A stretch of DNA of 64,000 nt from Bacteroidia bacterium (GTDB lineage: Bacteria > Bacteroidota > Bacteroidia > UKL13-3), in contig JAUCCO010000001.1 in the NCBI GenBank assembly GCA_034676125.1, positions 9,788-73,787 of the forward strand, given 5' to 3'. Below are positions 9,311 to 22,000 of the stretch, piece after piece. A program made the translations under genes and the position numbers. The notes below the pieces were generated by a model. The model ran no database searches. It worked only from the letters and a program-made list of their open reading frames with translations, and was not told where the DNA came from. Position 1 is the first letter of the stretch. Each line of letters opens with the position of its first letter.

Positions 9311-10129
9311 ATGTTAGCCGCAAAATCATACACTGTAAACGATTGTTTAGTTACCCTTTGTACTACACAGTTTCAAGAAGATATTGCTATTATTCCTGAT
9401 GAGTTTTTACAACTTTCAAACCTAGAAAGGTCGGTGCTTGATGTTAATAAACAGCTTGTTGGTAAAAAGCTTCCGCTTATTGCCGATATACTAAACAAGC
9501 TAAAAGAAGTGCCCGATACCGACTATTATATTTACACAAATACCGACATTGCTTTGATGCCTTATTTTTATAATGTGGTACATCAACATGTACTTAATGG
9601 CTACGATGCAATTGTGATAAACAGACGAAGGTTGAGTATAAAATATAACGATGAATTAAGCCTTGATTTAATGTATGCAGATTTAGGAAAATCGCATCCA
9701 GGATTTGATTGCTTTGTTTTTAAAAAGGAGCTTTTGGCAAAGTTTGTTTTGGGTGATATTTGTGTTGGTATTCCGTTTGTTGAAGCAACGTTACTACACA
9801 ACATTTTTTCGTTTGCAAATAATCCTTTGTTTTTACCCGATGCTCATCTTACTTTTCATATTGGAATGGATGTTATGCCTGATAGAAACAAAGCGATGTA
9901 TTGGCACAATAGAAACGAGTTTTTCAAAAATATCTACCCAAAACTTAAGCCATTTTTTGATATAAATAAATTTCCTTATGCATCATTGCCAATGCATAAG
10001 CGTGCTTTAAAATGGATGTTAAACCCAAGTTTATTTTCATTAAATTATTTGGAGTTGGAAGGAAAATCAACCAAACAAAAAATTAAGTATTTATTAAACG
10101 AAATAAGGTGGAAAATTTTACAAAAATAA
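9311..10129 (+). CDS. Hypothetical protein, the only plus-strand gene inside the minus-strand cluster
   Basis: The ORF track's start at 9224 is a TTG that overlaps the DegT start codon head-to-head. The first ATG in frame (9311) leaves an 87-nt divergent intergenic region. No recognisable family. YIYTNTDIALMP hints at a nucleotide-sugar transferase-like fold. Confidence 0.4.
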   Translation: MLAAKSYTVNDCLVTLCTTQFQEDIAIIPDEFLQLSNLERSVLDVNKQLVGKKLPLIADILNKLKEVPDTDYYIYTNTDIALMPYFYNVVHQHVLNGYDAIVINRRRLSIKYNDELSLDLMYADLGKSHPGFDCFVFKKELLAKFVLGDICVGIPFVEATLLHNIFSFANNPLFLPDAHLTFHIGMDVMPDRNKAMYWHNRNEFFKNIYPKLKPFFDINKFPYASLPMHKRALKWMLNPSLFSLNYLELEGKSTKQKIKYLLNEIRWKILQK

Positions 10130-10130
10130 G

Positions 10131-10670
10131 TTAATGCTCAGCCAGTTTTTGGGCAAGTTTTTTCAATGAATCAAATTTGTTATTAAATAATTCGGGAGTT
10201 AAATTATATAAATCGAATTGGCTATTTAAGTGCTTATCTAAAACAAAGCCTAAACCCATATTATAGTTTATTGCAGCCTTGTTTGATTGTTTAACTTTTG
10301 CGTATACGGTTTTTAATTTTAATATATTAAATGCAAAAGTTAAAAGCATTAATGAAGCACCAAGTGAAACACCTGTGCCTGTGTATTTTTTTTCGGCAAT
10401 AAATAATCCAGCATGTGCCGATAGATTTTGGTTATCAAACTCGTTTAAATGTATCAAACCAATTTTGTTGTTTTGATGGGTAATAATAAAGTAGTAGTTT
10501 GGTTTTTTACTTAAATCATTAAACCAAACCATTTGTTGCGCGCTACCTATATGACCAGTAAATTCCATATTTTCTGCAATTTCTGGAGCATTTCGCCAGC
10601 CTCTTAATAATTCAATATCTGCTTCGGCCAATTCAGATAATGTTATTCCGTATTCGTTTAGTTTTCGCAA
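10131..10670 (-). CDS. GNAT-family N-acetyltransferase (RimL/PseH-like)
   Basis: WRNAPEI...IGLIHL...GTGVSLGASLMLLTFAFNILKLKTVYAKV matches the GNAT A/B motifs. Adjacent to a sugar aminotransferase. Confidence 0.7.
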   Translation of the reverse strand: MRKLNEYGITLSELAEADIELLRGWRNAPEIAENMEFTGHIGSAQQMVWFNDLSKKPNYYFIITHQNNKIGLIHLNEFDNQNLSAHAGLFIAEKKYTGTGVSLGASLMLLTFAFNILKLKTVYAKVKQSNKAAINYNMGLGFVLDKHLNSQFDLYNLTPELFNNKFDSLKKLAQKLAEH

Positions 10671-11578
10671 AGTTCAGCTATTATCACATGGTCTAATAAT
10701 TGTTTAGACACCCAAATGCGCCTTATATATTCACCAATTATTCCTAGCGAAAATAATATTAATCCGGTTGAAAAAAATATGGCCACAATTAATGATGTAA
10801 ATCCAATTTCTGCATCAAAAGCCAGTTTTTTATAAATGTAATAACAGCCCATTACAAAAAATGCAATCGACATCCATAAGCCTAATCTACTAATAATTTT
10901 AAGTGGTAGGGTAGAGTGTAAAAGCAAAATGCTGATGGCCATTTTAATCAACTTAAATATGGTGTACCCAGATTTACCAATGGCTCTAGCCCTATGTTCA
11001 ACAATACACGACTTTACTTTTTGTGCACCCAACAATAAATAATCATCAATAAAAAATATTTTGTTTTGTTGCTTTTTAAAAACAGTAATTACCGATTTTT
11101 TAATAAGCCTACAAGAGGTTACCATCGAATAATCTCTACCACCCGTTTGCAATATTTTTTGCAAAGTTCGGGTGCCAATATTTCTTATAGAGTTATGCTT
11201 TTTTTGGGTGTAGTTGCCATAAACCAAGTCGCAATTATCATTAATCATACAATTATACATGCTGTCTATCACACTTGGGTCGTGCTGCAAATCATCATCA
11301 ATTGTAGCAATTAAATTATTGGTGCAGTAATAAAACCCAATTGCAGTTGCAGTATGTTGGCCATAGTTTTGCGCTAGGGTAATAAATTTGTATGATATTG
11401 AAGACTGCTTTAATGCCTTTAATAATTCGTTTCCTGTTTTATCAATACTTCCATCATTCACAAAAATAAATGTTGGTTTTAGTTGAGTTGTTAATGTCCA
11501 ACTTGCTAGGCTATCTACCAAATTTACCATATTGGCTTCGGAGTGGTAAACAGGAATTACTACATCTATTCCAATCAT
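10658..11578 (-). CDS. Family-2 glycosyltransferase with two C-terminal TM helices (ArnC/GtrB/DPM1-like polyprenyl-phosphate glycosyltransferase)
   Basis: VVIPVYHSEAN, then DDDLQHDP (DxD), and two C-terminal hydrophobic helices. Confidence 0.75.
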   Translation of the reverse strand: MIGIDVVIPVYHSEANMVNLVDSLASWTLTTQLKPTFIFVNDGSIDKTGNELLKALKQSSISYKFITLAQNYGQHTATAIGFYYCTNNLIATIDDDLQHDPSVIDSMYNCMINDNCDLVYGNYTQKKHNSIRNIGTRTLQKILQTGGRDYSMVTSCRLIKKSVITVFKKQQNKIFFIDDYLLLGAQKVKSCIVEHRARAIGKSGYTIFKLIKMAISILLLHSTLPLKIISRLGLWMSIAFFVMGCYYIYKKLAFDAEIGFTSLIVAIFFSTGLILFSLGIIGEYIRRIWVSKQLLDHVIIAELCEN

Positions 11579-12576
11579 ATTTCTATTAGTTTAATGGGTA
11601 AATTAATAGGAATTTTAATTAAGGCAGATGCAATAGAAAATCCAACACCAAAACCACACAATAAAACCAAATTGTTTCTATCGGTAATTAAGTTTAAGTT
11701 TTCACATAAAGTAATTGGAATACTGGCTGATGCAGTATTGCCATATTTACCGAGTGTTTGTGGAGCATTTTGTAACGGCACATTTAGTTTTTTACAAATG
11801 GCATCGTTTATTAATTTATTGGCTTGATGTAAAATATAGCAACTAGGTTCTTCGGTATTTAAGTTAGCAGCAGCTAGTAAAGTATTAATATTTTGAGGTA
11901 CATGTTTTACAGAATAAGCAAAAACATCAATACCATTTAATCGCATTTTTTTCTCGTTATTTTCGGTGGTTTCTGTATATATGGCTTGTTGTCCAGCGCC
12001 AAATGTTTCTAAGTTAAAATACGAGTAGTTTTCTTCATCATCCTTATCAAAAGTTATAGCTGTAATCGAAACGGCATCAGAAAAAATGGGTTGGGTTGAG
12101 GTATCATTATTAAAAAGCAATTGGCTTGATACATCGCCACAACATAAAATAGCTTTAGGATTTTTTTTATCAATTGTTGATAATATCGAAGCAACCGTTT
12201 GTAAACCATAAACATATCCTGAACAACCTGCATTTATATCATAACAAAGCGTTTGCGTTCCAAAATTTAAATCACCATGAATTTTGCATGCAATAGAAGG
12301 AATGCCCACATCAGGAGTTTGTGTTACACATATTAACACATCAACATCACTTGCTTGCAGTTTTAATAGGTCAAACAATTGTTTTATGCCGCTTTCAAAC
12401 AAACTTTTAACGGGCTTATCCGTAACTCTTCTATATCTAATTCCTGTATGTTCAATAAGCTTTATTCTGTCGGCTTCACTAGGTATAAGCGATAATTGCA
12501 TATTATCTACAACCTGCTTGGGTAGCACATTTACAATTGCAGTTATGTTTACTCCTTTGTGTTTACTTATCGCCAT
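11575..12576 (-). CDS. 3-oxoacyl-ACP synthase III (FabH-like KAS III)
   Basis: Catalytic triad context NAGCSGYVYGL (Cys), HQANKLI (His), GNTASASIP (Asn). The ORF track gives 12591 as start; an internal Met at 12576 (MAISKHKGVNITAI) matches FabH N-termini. Confidence 0.8.
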   Translation of the reverse strand: MAISKHKGVNITAIVNVLPKQVVDNMQLSLIPSEADRIKLIEHTGIRYRRVTDKPVKSLFESGIKQLFDLLKLQASDVDVLICVTQTPDVGIPSIACKIHGDLNFGTQTLCYDINAGCSGYVYGLQTVASILSTIDKKNPKAILCCGDVSSQLLFNNDTSTQPIFSDAVSITAITFDKDDEENYSYFNLETFGAGQQAIYTETTENNEKKMRLNGIDVFAYSVKHVPQNINTLLAAANLNTEEPSCYILHQANKLINDAICKKLNVPLQNAPQTLGKYGNTASASIPITLCENLNLITDRNNLVLLCGFGVGFSIASALIKIPINLPIKLIEI

Positions 12577-12817
12577 TTGTTTTTGCAACAATCAATTGAT
12601 AGATGTCTTCAAACGTGTTTAGTTCTGCCAATTCTGATGAGGTAATAAGCACTTCTGTTTCTTCGTTAATTCTAGATATATAAATTAAAGCGTTAAGCGA
12701 ACTCCAATTTGTAGCAGTTCTAAATGTTGCAGCAAGTAAAATCTCATCTACTGGAATTAATAATTCAGCAGAGGTAAACGCCAAAAACGCATCTTTATTG
12801 GTAAGTTTTATACTCAT
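12563..12817 (-). CDS. Small acidic acyl-carrier-protein-like protein
   Basis: 84-aa acidic helical protein immediately upstream of, and overlapping, the FabH-like gene. The canonical DSL site is degenerate (SSEL). Confidence 0.35.
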   Translation of the reverse strand: MSIKLTNKDAFLAFTSAELLIPVDEILLAATFRTATNWSSLNALIYISRINEETEVLITSSELAELNTFEDIYQLIVAKTNGDK

Positions 12818-13087
12818 TAACTTTTTTACGAATTTATATAAAATATTAAGCCTTCCTTAAATCTAAGTAGTACATCAACATGTACTCTTGACACAAAATG
12901 CGGACAACCTTTCAAAATAGATTTGTATGTTGTTGATTAATATATGGTTATTTATTGCCCACTACTTGTCTTTATTTATTTTATTTATAAAAACATTGTC
13001 GTGCATCAACTTTTTTTAGTTATTAACACCTCACGCTTTGTTAAAAGTATGTTAAAAACTACTTTTACCACCAATAATAAAAAAGTT

Positions 13088-16000
13088 ATGAATAAATTTT
13101 TTACATGTCAAACACTATTTAGTAAAATTCTTTGTGTTCTGTTAATAAGCCTTGTTTTTGGCTTAGAGGCAACTGCACAAGGGCCATTTACTGCGGCAAC
13201 ACACATTACAGGAGAATACATGTATGGTGATTGTAATGGCAAAATTAAGGTTCGGTTTTTATACCAAGATAGGGGGTATAATAGTCTTACCTATATTAAC
13301 TTCTATTACAAAAAAAGTGATGGAACGTATACGCAATTTGCCAAGGCCGAAAATAATTATAATCAGGCTAATGACTGGTCTGATGGTTGGCCGGGAAATG
13401 GAAAGGCATATTCCCTTGGAGGAGTAAATTCAAATACCATTGTAATTAGCGACCGCTACAACGAAGGCGCCTTGAGTTATCAATATTTTGAATGGAGATC
13501 TGTACCCGCAGATGCAATTGTAAACGGACAGGTAAATATATTTTCAGAAGTAAGGTTTGGTCCTTATAGCTTAACTTATACAAGTAATAATTCTGGGTCA
13601 ATACCTATAATTTTTCCTACATTAAGCCCTCCAACGCAATTAACCGCCTCTAATGCGGTTTATTGCGATAAAATCAATCTTGAGTGGCAGAAACCAAATA
13701 GCTTTCCTTGTTCATATAGCTTTGAAATTTATAGAGATAATACTAAAATAACCACAGTAACAGAATCAACCTTAACATACGAAGACAATACTGTAACTGC
13801 TGGTAACCATCAATACAATGTTAAAGCGGTGCACACTACGGGTACGGGGGGTAAAATTATTAGTGGAAGTTCTTTTGTTGCTAATGGTGCAAAAAAAGCA
13901 ACACTTAGTGCACCTTCAGGTATAACCGCTACTGATAACAGGTGCGATGGTAAGGTTGCATTAGGCTGGAACTATTATAACAATAACCCTACCTATTTTC
14001 ATGTATCACGAAGTACAACTATTAACGGCACATATAGTAGCGTTGATGCAACGATAGATGGAGGAGAGCGCTCGTTTTTAACTACAGCACCTACAAGGTC
14101 AACTACCTATTATTATAAAGTTGGTACAATTGGCGATTGTGGAACTACTTTTTCAACAACTGGTTATGCAGGTGCTTCCCCTACAATTCCAACAAAGCCA
14201 ACAGGAGTGCAAGCATCTGTTAATGGTGCTAATAATGCAATTGTTGTAACTTGGACAGATAATTCATCTGACGAAACAGGGTTTAATATCGAAAGGTCGA
14301 TTCTTGGGGCTTCTGGAAGTACTACAATTCCTGTTGATGCTGGCACAACAACGTATACCGATAATGATGTATCTGCATGTGTTAGATATGTATATAAAGT
14401 AAGAGCTCGTAATAATTGTGATCCAGTTGGTAATATCTCATTAACATCAGCAAATGTTACAATTAATCCAATATTATCTACCTCGTTTAACGCCACTACG
14501 AATAAATTAAGATGTTCTAAAGGATACTTTAGCAACATGGTGCAATTAGAGTGGAGCACAAGTAATGTCGATTTATTAACTCAGTATAGGGTTTATAGAA
14601 AAGTTTTTGCTAGCAATTCAGATTCTACATTGATAGGTTCTGCAGGTTCAGGAGAAGGAAGTTATTATGATTATACGGCTATTTCTGGCACTCTTTACCA
14701 ATATACTGTAATTGGTGTTTTAACTTGTGCTGGAACTCCTCTTTACTCTAATGCTACACAAGATATTGGATTTAAAAATGCGTTTGGTACTGTAACTGGA
14801 CAACTATCGTACTTGGGTGGTTTTGCATTAAAAAATGCAAAAGTATTGGTTACTCCAACTGCGGCTACTTTCTTAGGAGCATCTGTTTCTCTTGCTTCTG
14901 GCGGCTCGTTATCTGTGCCAGCAGCAAGTCTTTTAAGTTTTACCAATGGCATTACGCTCGAAACTTGGTTTAAAACGCCAAATGTAGTGGGTAACAAAAC
15001 ACTTATTTCTGTTGGTTCTGGTTTTAGAACAGCAAAAGTTAGTTTGCAAGGAGATAAAATTGCCATCGAAACTTATAATGGATCTGTTACAAAAAACTAT
15101 GTTTCTACCGGAACTTCAGGGTCGTTTTTGGCAAATAACTTTAATCAAGTAACTGGCGTTTTTAGAACCGACTCTTTAATTATTTACCTTAATGGAGTTA
15201 GATTGGGTGGTGTAAGTTTAAGTGGATATACTTATTTACCTTTCAATAATTCATCTATAACAATGGGTAGTGGTTTTATAGGAAATTTAGATGAAGTAAG
15301 GGTTTATAACATTGGAAAAACAGGCGCAAACGTTGCGATTGATTTTGATAGAAAGGTAAATCCAGACGACAACGGTTTATTGGCTTATTATACCTTTGAT
15401 GAAAACACCGTTGGCTATAATGGCTTTTTTGATTATTCGAGAAAAGGACAAGTTTATAATGCCAATCATGGCACATCAATAAACACAACTTTTGATAATA
15501 CTAATATTCCTTCTGTTTCTCAACTTGCATTTGCAAGTTATACAGATTCTACAGGAAGTTATGTTGTTACCAATATAAATTACCCAGGTATTGGAGATCT
15601 TTATACAATCTCTCCGGCATTTAGTACACACAAATTTTCGCCAATCAACCGTCCAGTATATATAGGCGATGGTTCAGCGGTGCATAGTCAACAAAACTTT
15701 ATTGATGAGTCTTCTTTTACAGTAAGCGGTTTTGTGTTTTACGATAATACAACCTGTCCTGCGGAAGGGATAAACCTTAAAATTGACGGTGCTTATGTGA
15801 TGGTAGGTGGTACAAAAGTAGCAACAGACCAAAACGGAGCATTTGACATACAAGTCCCAATAGGAAATCATGTGGTAACTGTAGAAAAAGAAGGCCACGT
15901 ATTTAGCGCAGGCAGATTCCCAACTACTGGTGTTTACGATTTTCAAAAAACAGAGGCTGGTATTCAATTTAAAGATAATACCCTAATTAAGGTTGTTGGT

Positions 16001-19000
16001 AGAGCTGTTGGTGGTGCGATTGAAGCTGCAAAAAAACCAGGACTTGGCTTATCGGTTAATAACATTGGAAAAACCAGATTGTACTTTAAATCTCAATTGC
16101 GTAATGGATGTAGTGTTGCTTCTATAACCACAAACGATACTACTGGTGAGTACACCGTATTTTTACCACCATTGTTATATACCGTAGACACGGCAAAAGT
16201 TATAACAAACCCTGTTCTTAATTTTGGAATTCAATCTGTATTAGATTTATCAAATGCAGTTACCGTATATACGACCGCTGATACGTTGTATTTGCCAGGC
16301 ACAAGTACAATTACCAATATTCGTTCTACAACCTATAATGTGCGTAGAGATTTTATTTATTATACCACACCATCGGTATTATTAGCGCGAACCAAAGCAA
16401 AAACAGCAACAGATAGTACTTTTATAGGCGAAACATCATTAGCACTCGATTCTGTAAACTCAATTAGTTTATTGCCAAATAATCCATTTACCTATCCGAT
16501 ATTTAATCAATTTAAAGAATATACGGCAAAGGTATACGCGTTTGATGTTTATGAAAATAGTGATAAAAATCCTGCAATCCAATATAAAGTGCCTTTAAAT
16601 GGCCGTTTAATTGTTAATAATTCGCTTGCTTCTGACGAAAGTGCGGTTCAGAACGTAAACGTGGTTGGTGGCGAAGCTACTTATACATTTAGAGGAGGTG
16701 CACCTGATATTACAAGAAATAATTCTAACCCAGCATTTAGTTTTACTAAAACTATGCAGGTTACCTTTTTTACAACTGGTAATAATGGAGATAGAACCAT
16801 AAGTTGGTTGCCAAATGCTGGTAGTACACCATATAGAGCATTTATATTTGGTGGACGTACAAGAGGTGCTCAGTTTGCAACAAGTGGGCCGCAAAAAGTA
16901 GATTTAATCTTACGCGACCCTCCCGGTTCTGCAAGTTCTTCAACGTGGGCTAAAAACACAGCTCTTACTTCAACAAAAACGTTTTCTACCTCAAACAAAA
17001 GCGGAGGTGGCTTTGAAGGAAAAATTAACCTAGGCTTTAAATGGCAAACATCAGCGGGTATTGGTGTTGAGTTTGAAACTGAAAGTTACTTTGGCGGAAA
17101 CGAAAGCCTTGGAATGAAAAGCGAAACCACTGCTGGAAAAAATGGAGAAATAGTTGAATCAATAAGTTCTTCAATTTCTATCTCTACAGGTGGTGGTTCA
17201 GATCAAGTAGGCTCTAAAGCTGATATTTTATACGGACACTCAAAAAACTATGTGTTTGGACTATCCGACAATTTAACTTTAATTTCAGCTGCAAGATGTG
17301 CTATTCCTGGTTCGGTTTGTGGAAACACGGATTATAACGGCTATAAAATTGGTTTAAACCAAAGTTTGGCACTTAACCCTAAAGAAATTAATACTGTATT
17401 TGCATATACAGTTAGCGAGGTTGAAGATATTATTATCCCTAACTTAATAAAAGTAAGAAACTCAATTTTGGTTCAAAGCAAAAAAGCCAATGGACAACCA
17501 AAATATACCATTAACTACACAGATGTTGATGATGAAGACTATGAGAAAAAGTTTGGTGCAAATAATGATGATGCAATTTGGGGTACTGTAAGAAATAAAA
17601 ATAACCCATTAACCCAAGAAGAAACAGATAACACTGGTCCTAGTTATACTTTTCATAGAAACAGTATTGCCGATCCAGATTCTGTAAGGCTTCAAAATAA
17701 CCAAATTAGATTATGGAAAGAAGCTTTAGCAACTAACGAACGCGAAAAATACGAGGCATTTACATTAAATATTGGCAATGTATTAAACTCGGGAACAAAC
17801 ACAAGTATTGGTAAAGCAGCCATAACAAGAGAATACACAAGTACAAAGAGCACAAGCACTACACGTTCTGAAGAGGTGTTTTTCTCTGAAGATGTAGGTT
17901 TAGGATTTACCCTAGATGTAGCAGGTAGTGGCTTTGAATTTGGAGGTAGTGTTACCGTAGAAGAAACATCTGCTACCGAGGAGGGAACTGCATCAGAGGT
18001 TGCTACAACTATTGGTTACACCTTACAAGATGGTGATGATGGTGATTTAATATCTGTAGATGTTGTTGATCCTAAAACAGGTAATGGACACATGTTTAAA
18101 TTACGTGGTGGACAAACTTCTTGCCCTTATGAAGGTCCAGAGTGGAGTAATTATTACAGACCTGGTGATACCATAAGTTCATCAACTTACTTTGATGAAC
18201 AATCTGGCGTTAAACTTTCTGATGGTACAGCAAAACGTCATGTGCCAAAAATACTAATTCCTCAACCAGAAAAGTTTAATGTTCCTGCCGATCAGGCAGC
18301 CACGTTTATTTTACAGTTGGGTAACGAAAGTGAATCTGATGACGACCAAGAATATTCTTTACGCGTTGTTGAAGTTTCAAATCCTAATGGTGCCGTTTTA
18401 ACTATTGATGGATTAGATCCAAACAGAAACTTCAGTATTCCTTATGCAACAAACATTAGTAAAACACTTACCATAAAAAGAGGAACAGAGTATTATGATT
18501 ATGATAGTATTTTGTTAATCTTTAAATCTCCGTGTGATGATGATTTATCAGATTCCGTTTATGTTTCTGTTCATTTTATTCCAACGTGTACTCAACCTTT
18601 CGTATATAATCCAGGTGATAAATGGACTTTAAACAATAGTTTTAGAGATACTATGAATGTGGTACTTAATGGATATGACTATAACTTTGGTGGGTTTAAA
18701 GGTCTTACCTTCCAATATAAGCCATCGTCTAGTTCTGAATGGAAAATTCTTCAAACATATAGGAAAACACCTATCGATATTGACGATAGAGAAATCCCTT
18801 CGATAAAGCCATATATTGAATATGCTTGGAATATGCGTCAATTGACAGATGGTCCTTACGACATCAGGGTTGCTAGTAAATGTTCGGCCCCTGGACACGC
18901 AGATGCAGAAGTGTTTTCGCCAATAGCAACAGGTTTGGCAGATAGGGTTAACCCTAGTCCTTTTGGTAACCCATCTCCTGCAGACGGTATTTTATCGCCA

Positions 19001-22000
19001 AATGACGAAATACAAATTCAGTTTAACGAGCCTATTGATAATGCATCATTAAGCTTCCAGAATTTTGATATTAGAGGCGTGTTAAACGGAAGTGCGTTAC
19101 AAAATACAGCAAGCTTACATTTTGATGGTAACAATGATTATGTAGAAATTCCGACTGGATTAAACTTGGCTAAAAAAACATTCTCGTTAGAGTTTTGGGT
19201 TAAAAGAGAAACACTTGGAGAACAAGTGGTGTTTTCACAAGGGGTAGATAATGCGCAATATCTTTCTATTGGTTTTGATGCCAATAATAAATTTAATTTT
19301 AGAATTGGAAACGAAGTGGTTCGTACGAATGAGACAATTACCGACCTGACTGCTTTCCATCATTATACTGTTTCGTACAATAACCAAACTGATGCTTGTG
19401 AGCTGTTTGTTGATGGGGTTGTTCGTAATACGGGTAATACTACTATTTATAGTAAGTATGAAGGTGGAGGAAAAACAATTATCGGCAAGTTATCTAAAGA
19501 TAATACATTTGGTTTTATAGGCAACTTACGCGATTTCCGTTTATGGAATAGAACCAGAAATTCATCGGAAATTGTTGGTTCGATGAACAAAAGCTTAAAA
19601 GGTACCGAAGCCGGTATAATTGCAAATTGGCGTTTTGATGAAGCTACTGGATTAGAAGCGAAAGATTATGTTCGTTCGCGCCATGCAACTATTAAAAATG
19701 CAGTATGGCAAATTTCGCCTAAAGGCAAATCATACCAAATAATTAATGAACCTTTGGTGGTTAATGCAGGCAATTTAGTATTTACCAATGAAACTGACTT
19801 TACAATTGAGTTTTGGTTTAAAGGCGCAAATACAGCAGGCGATGTGGCACTATTCTCTAACGGAAGAGGCGACTCTACTGATGTAAATATTGATATAAAA
19901 TGGAGCATTGAAAAAGATGCTAACGGTAAAATAATTGTTAAACACCGTGGACTTAATTTTGAAGCGGTAAGCAATAATTATTTTGATAACAATTGGCATC
20001 ATTTTGCTTTAGTTATGCAGCGTTCTACAAGTATCACCGCGTTTGTTGATGGAAACCAACAGAACACAACTAACACATCAGACTTTAAACAATTTGGAGG
20101 TGATAAAATTTGGTTTGGTGCTAGGGGGTATCAATCGCTAATTGGTACAGAAACTGTTGACAGGAAATTTACTGGCTACTTTGATGAGGTTAGAATTTGG
20201 AATTCTTCAAGATCACAAGAACAAATTAATAGAGACCGTGTAAATAGATTATCAGGAACTGAAACGGGTTTAGTTTTTTATCTACCATTTGAAACGTATA
20301 CATTAAACTTGGGTGTACCAATTTTAACACCAAGTATAAAGGATATGAAGGATACTTCTAGAACCATTATTCATGATACAATAAATGGAAGCGGATTAAG
20401 TGATGAAACGCCAACCATTAAGTTGCAGCGTCCTGTTCAATCAATTGTTTTTAACTATTCGGTTAACCAAGATAAAATCATTTTAACACCAACCACTTTA
20501 CCTGAGTTAATAGAAAATATTACATTGGATATTACTGTTAAGGATGTGTATGATTTAAATGGTAATAAAATGCAATCACCAAAAACTTGGATTGCATACA
20601 TGGATAAGAATCAAGTAAAATGGCAAGACCAAGACTTTAATTTCACCAAAAAGGCTGGTGCATCACTTACCTTTACAAGTAACATTGTAAACTCTGGAGG
20701 AGCAATAAAACAATTTGATATTCAAAATTTACCTATTTGGTTGTCTGCAAGTCCAGCATCAGGCTCGGTATCGCCAAACTCATTTAAAACAATAACATTT
20801 ACCATAGATCCTAATGTAAATATTGGTAACTACGAAAATCAAATACAATTATTAACCGACTTTGGTTTCCCTGACGGTTTACTAATATCACTAAAAGTGG
20901 TTGCAGAAGCACCATCAACATGGGCGGTTAATGCGGGTTCGTTTCAAAATGCAATGAGCATTGTTGGTCAGGTAAGGGTAAATGATGTTATCTCAACCAA
21001 TCCTGACGATAAGTTAGCAGCATTTGTAAATGGTGAGTGCAGAGGAGTTGCATCATTACAATATTATCCTCAAATAGATCGCTATTATGCATTCTTAAAT
21101 GTATATAGCAATGTATCATCTGGCGAGAATATTGAGTTTAAAATTTGGAATGCAGGTGCAGGTAAAATACACTCAGATGTAACCCCACAAATCCAGTTTG
21201 TAACAAACGGACAAGTAGGAAGTATATCAACCCCGCAAATATTTAATGCTACTGATAAATTAACCAGTTATATTCCACTTAGCAGTGGTTGGAATTGGAT
21301 ATCATTTAATTTGTTAATGAAAGATTCAAACAATATCAATGCATTATTTAGAAACACAAAATCTGGTAATGGAGATATATTTAGAAGCTTAACTTCACTA
21401 GCAGATTACTCGGTAGTAGATGGTTGGGCAGGAGAGTTAGCAGGAGCTAAAGCAGGCGTTAAACCAGAGCAATCGTACCGTTTAAGAAACACCAATAAAG
21501 ACACGTTAGTAGTAACAGGAATAGAAATTGACCCAACAACACGCCCTATTAAATTAGATTCAGGTTGGAATTGGATTGGATTTGTTTCACAAAGAAACTT
21601 AAGTGTAAACGAAGCATTCTCATCATTAAATGCAACCAACAACGATTTAATTAAGAGTCAAAGTCAGTTTGCATTGTATGATAATGTAATAGGTTGGGTA
21701 GGTAGTTTAACTACATTAACACCTAACAAAGGTTACATGTTTAGGTCTGGTTCAAACACCACATTTGCTTATCCAAAATCGGCAATGTTTGGTAAAAAAG
21801 CCACTACCGATAATGCTTATGTAAGCAACTACTTTAAGCTAGATGCAACTAAGTTTGAGAAAAACATGAATGCAATTGTTGATGCTGGTGTTTGTAATGA
21901 AGTATTAGCTACTGGCAGATTTAGTGTAGGTGCTTATGTAAACGATCAATTACGTGGTGCAACAAAACCAACTACATTAAGTAATGGCAGAAACTTATTC

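Noticed and set aside
12944-13087. Upstream extension of the giant 3,1xx-aa ORF (ORF track start at 12944)
   Set aside because: The extension (MVIYCPLLVFIYFIYKN...) lacks a signal peptide, whereas a canonical signal peptide (MNKFFTCQTLFSKILCVLLISLVFGLEATAQ) begins at the ATG at 13088. The ATG at 13049 (MLKTTFTTNNKK...) would only lengthen the n-region. The true start is most likely 13088.
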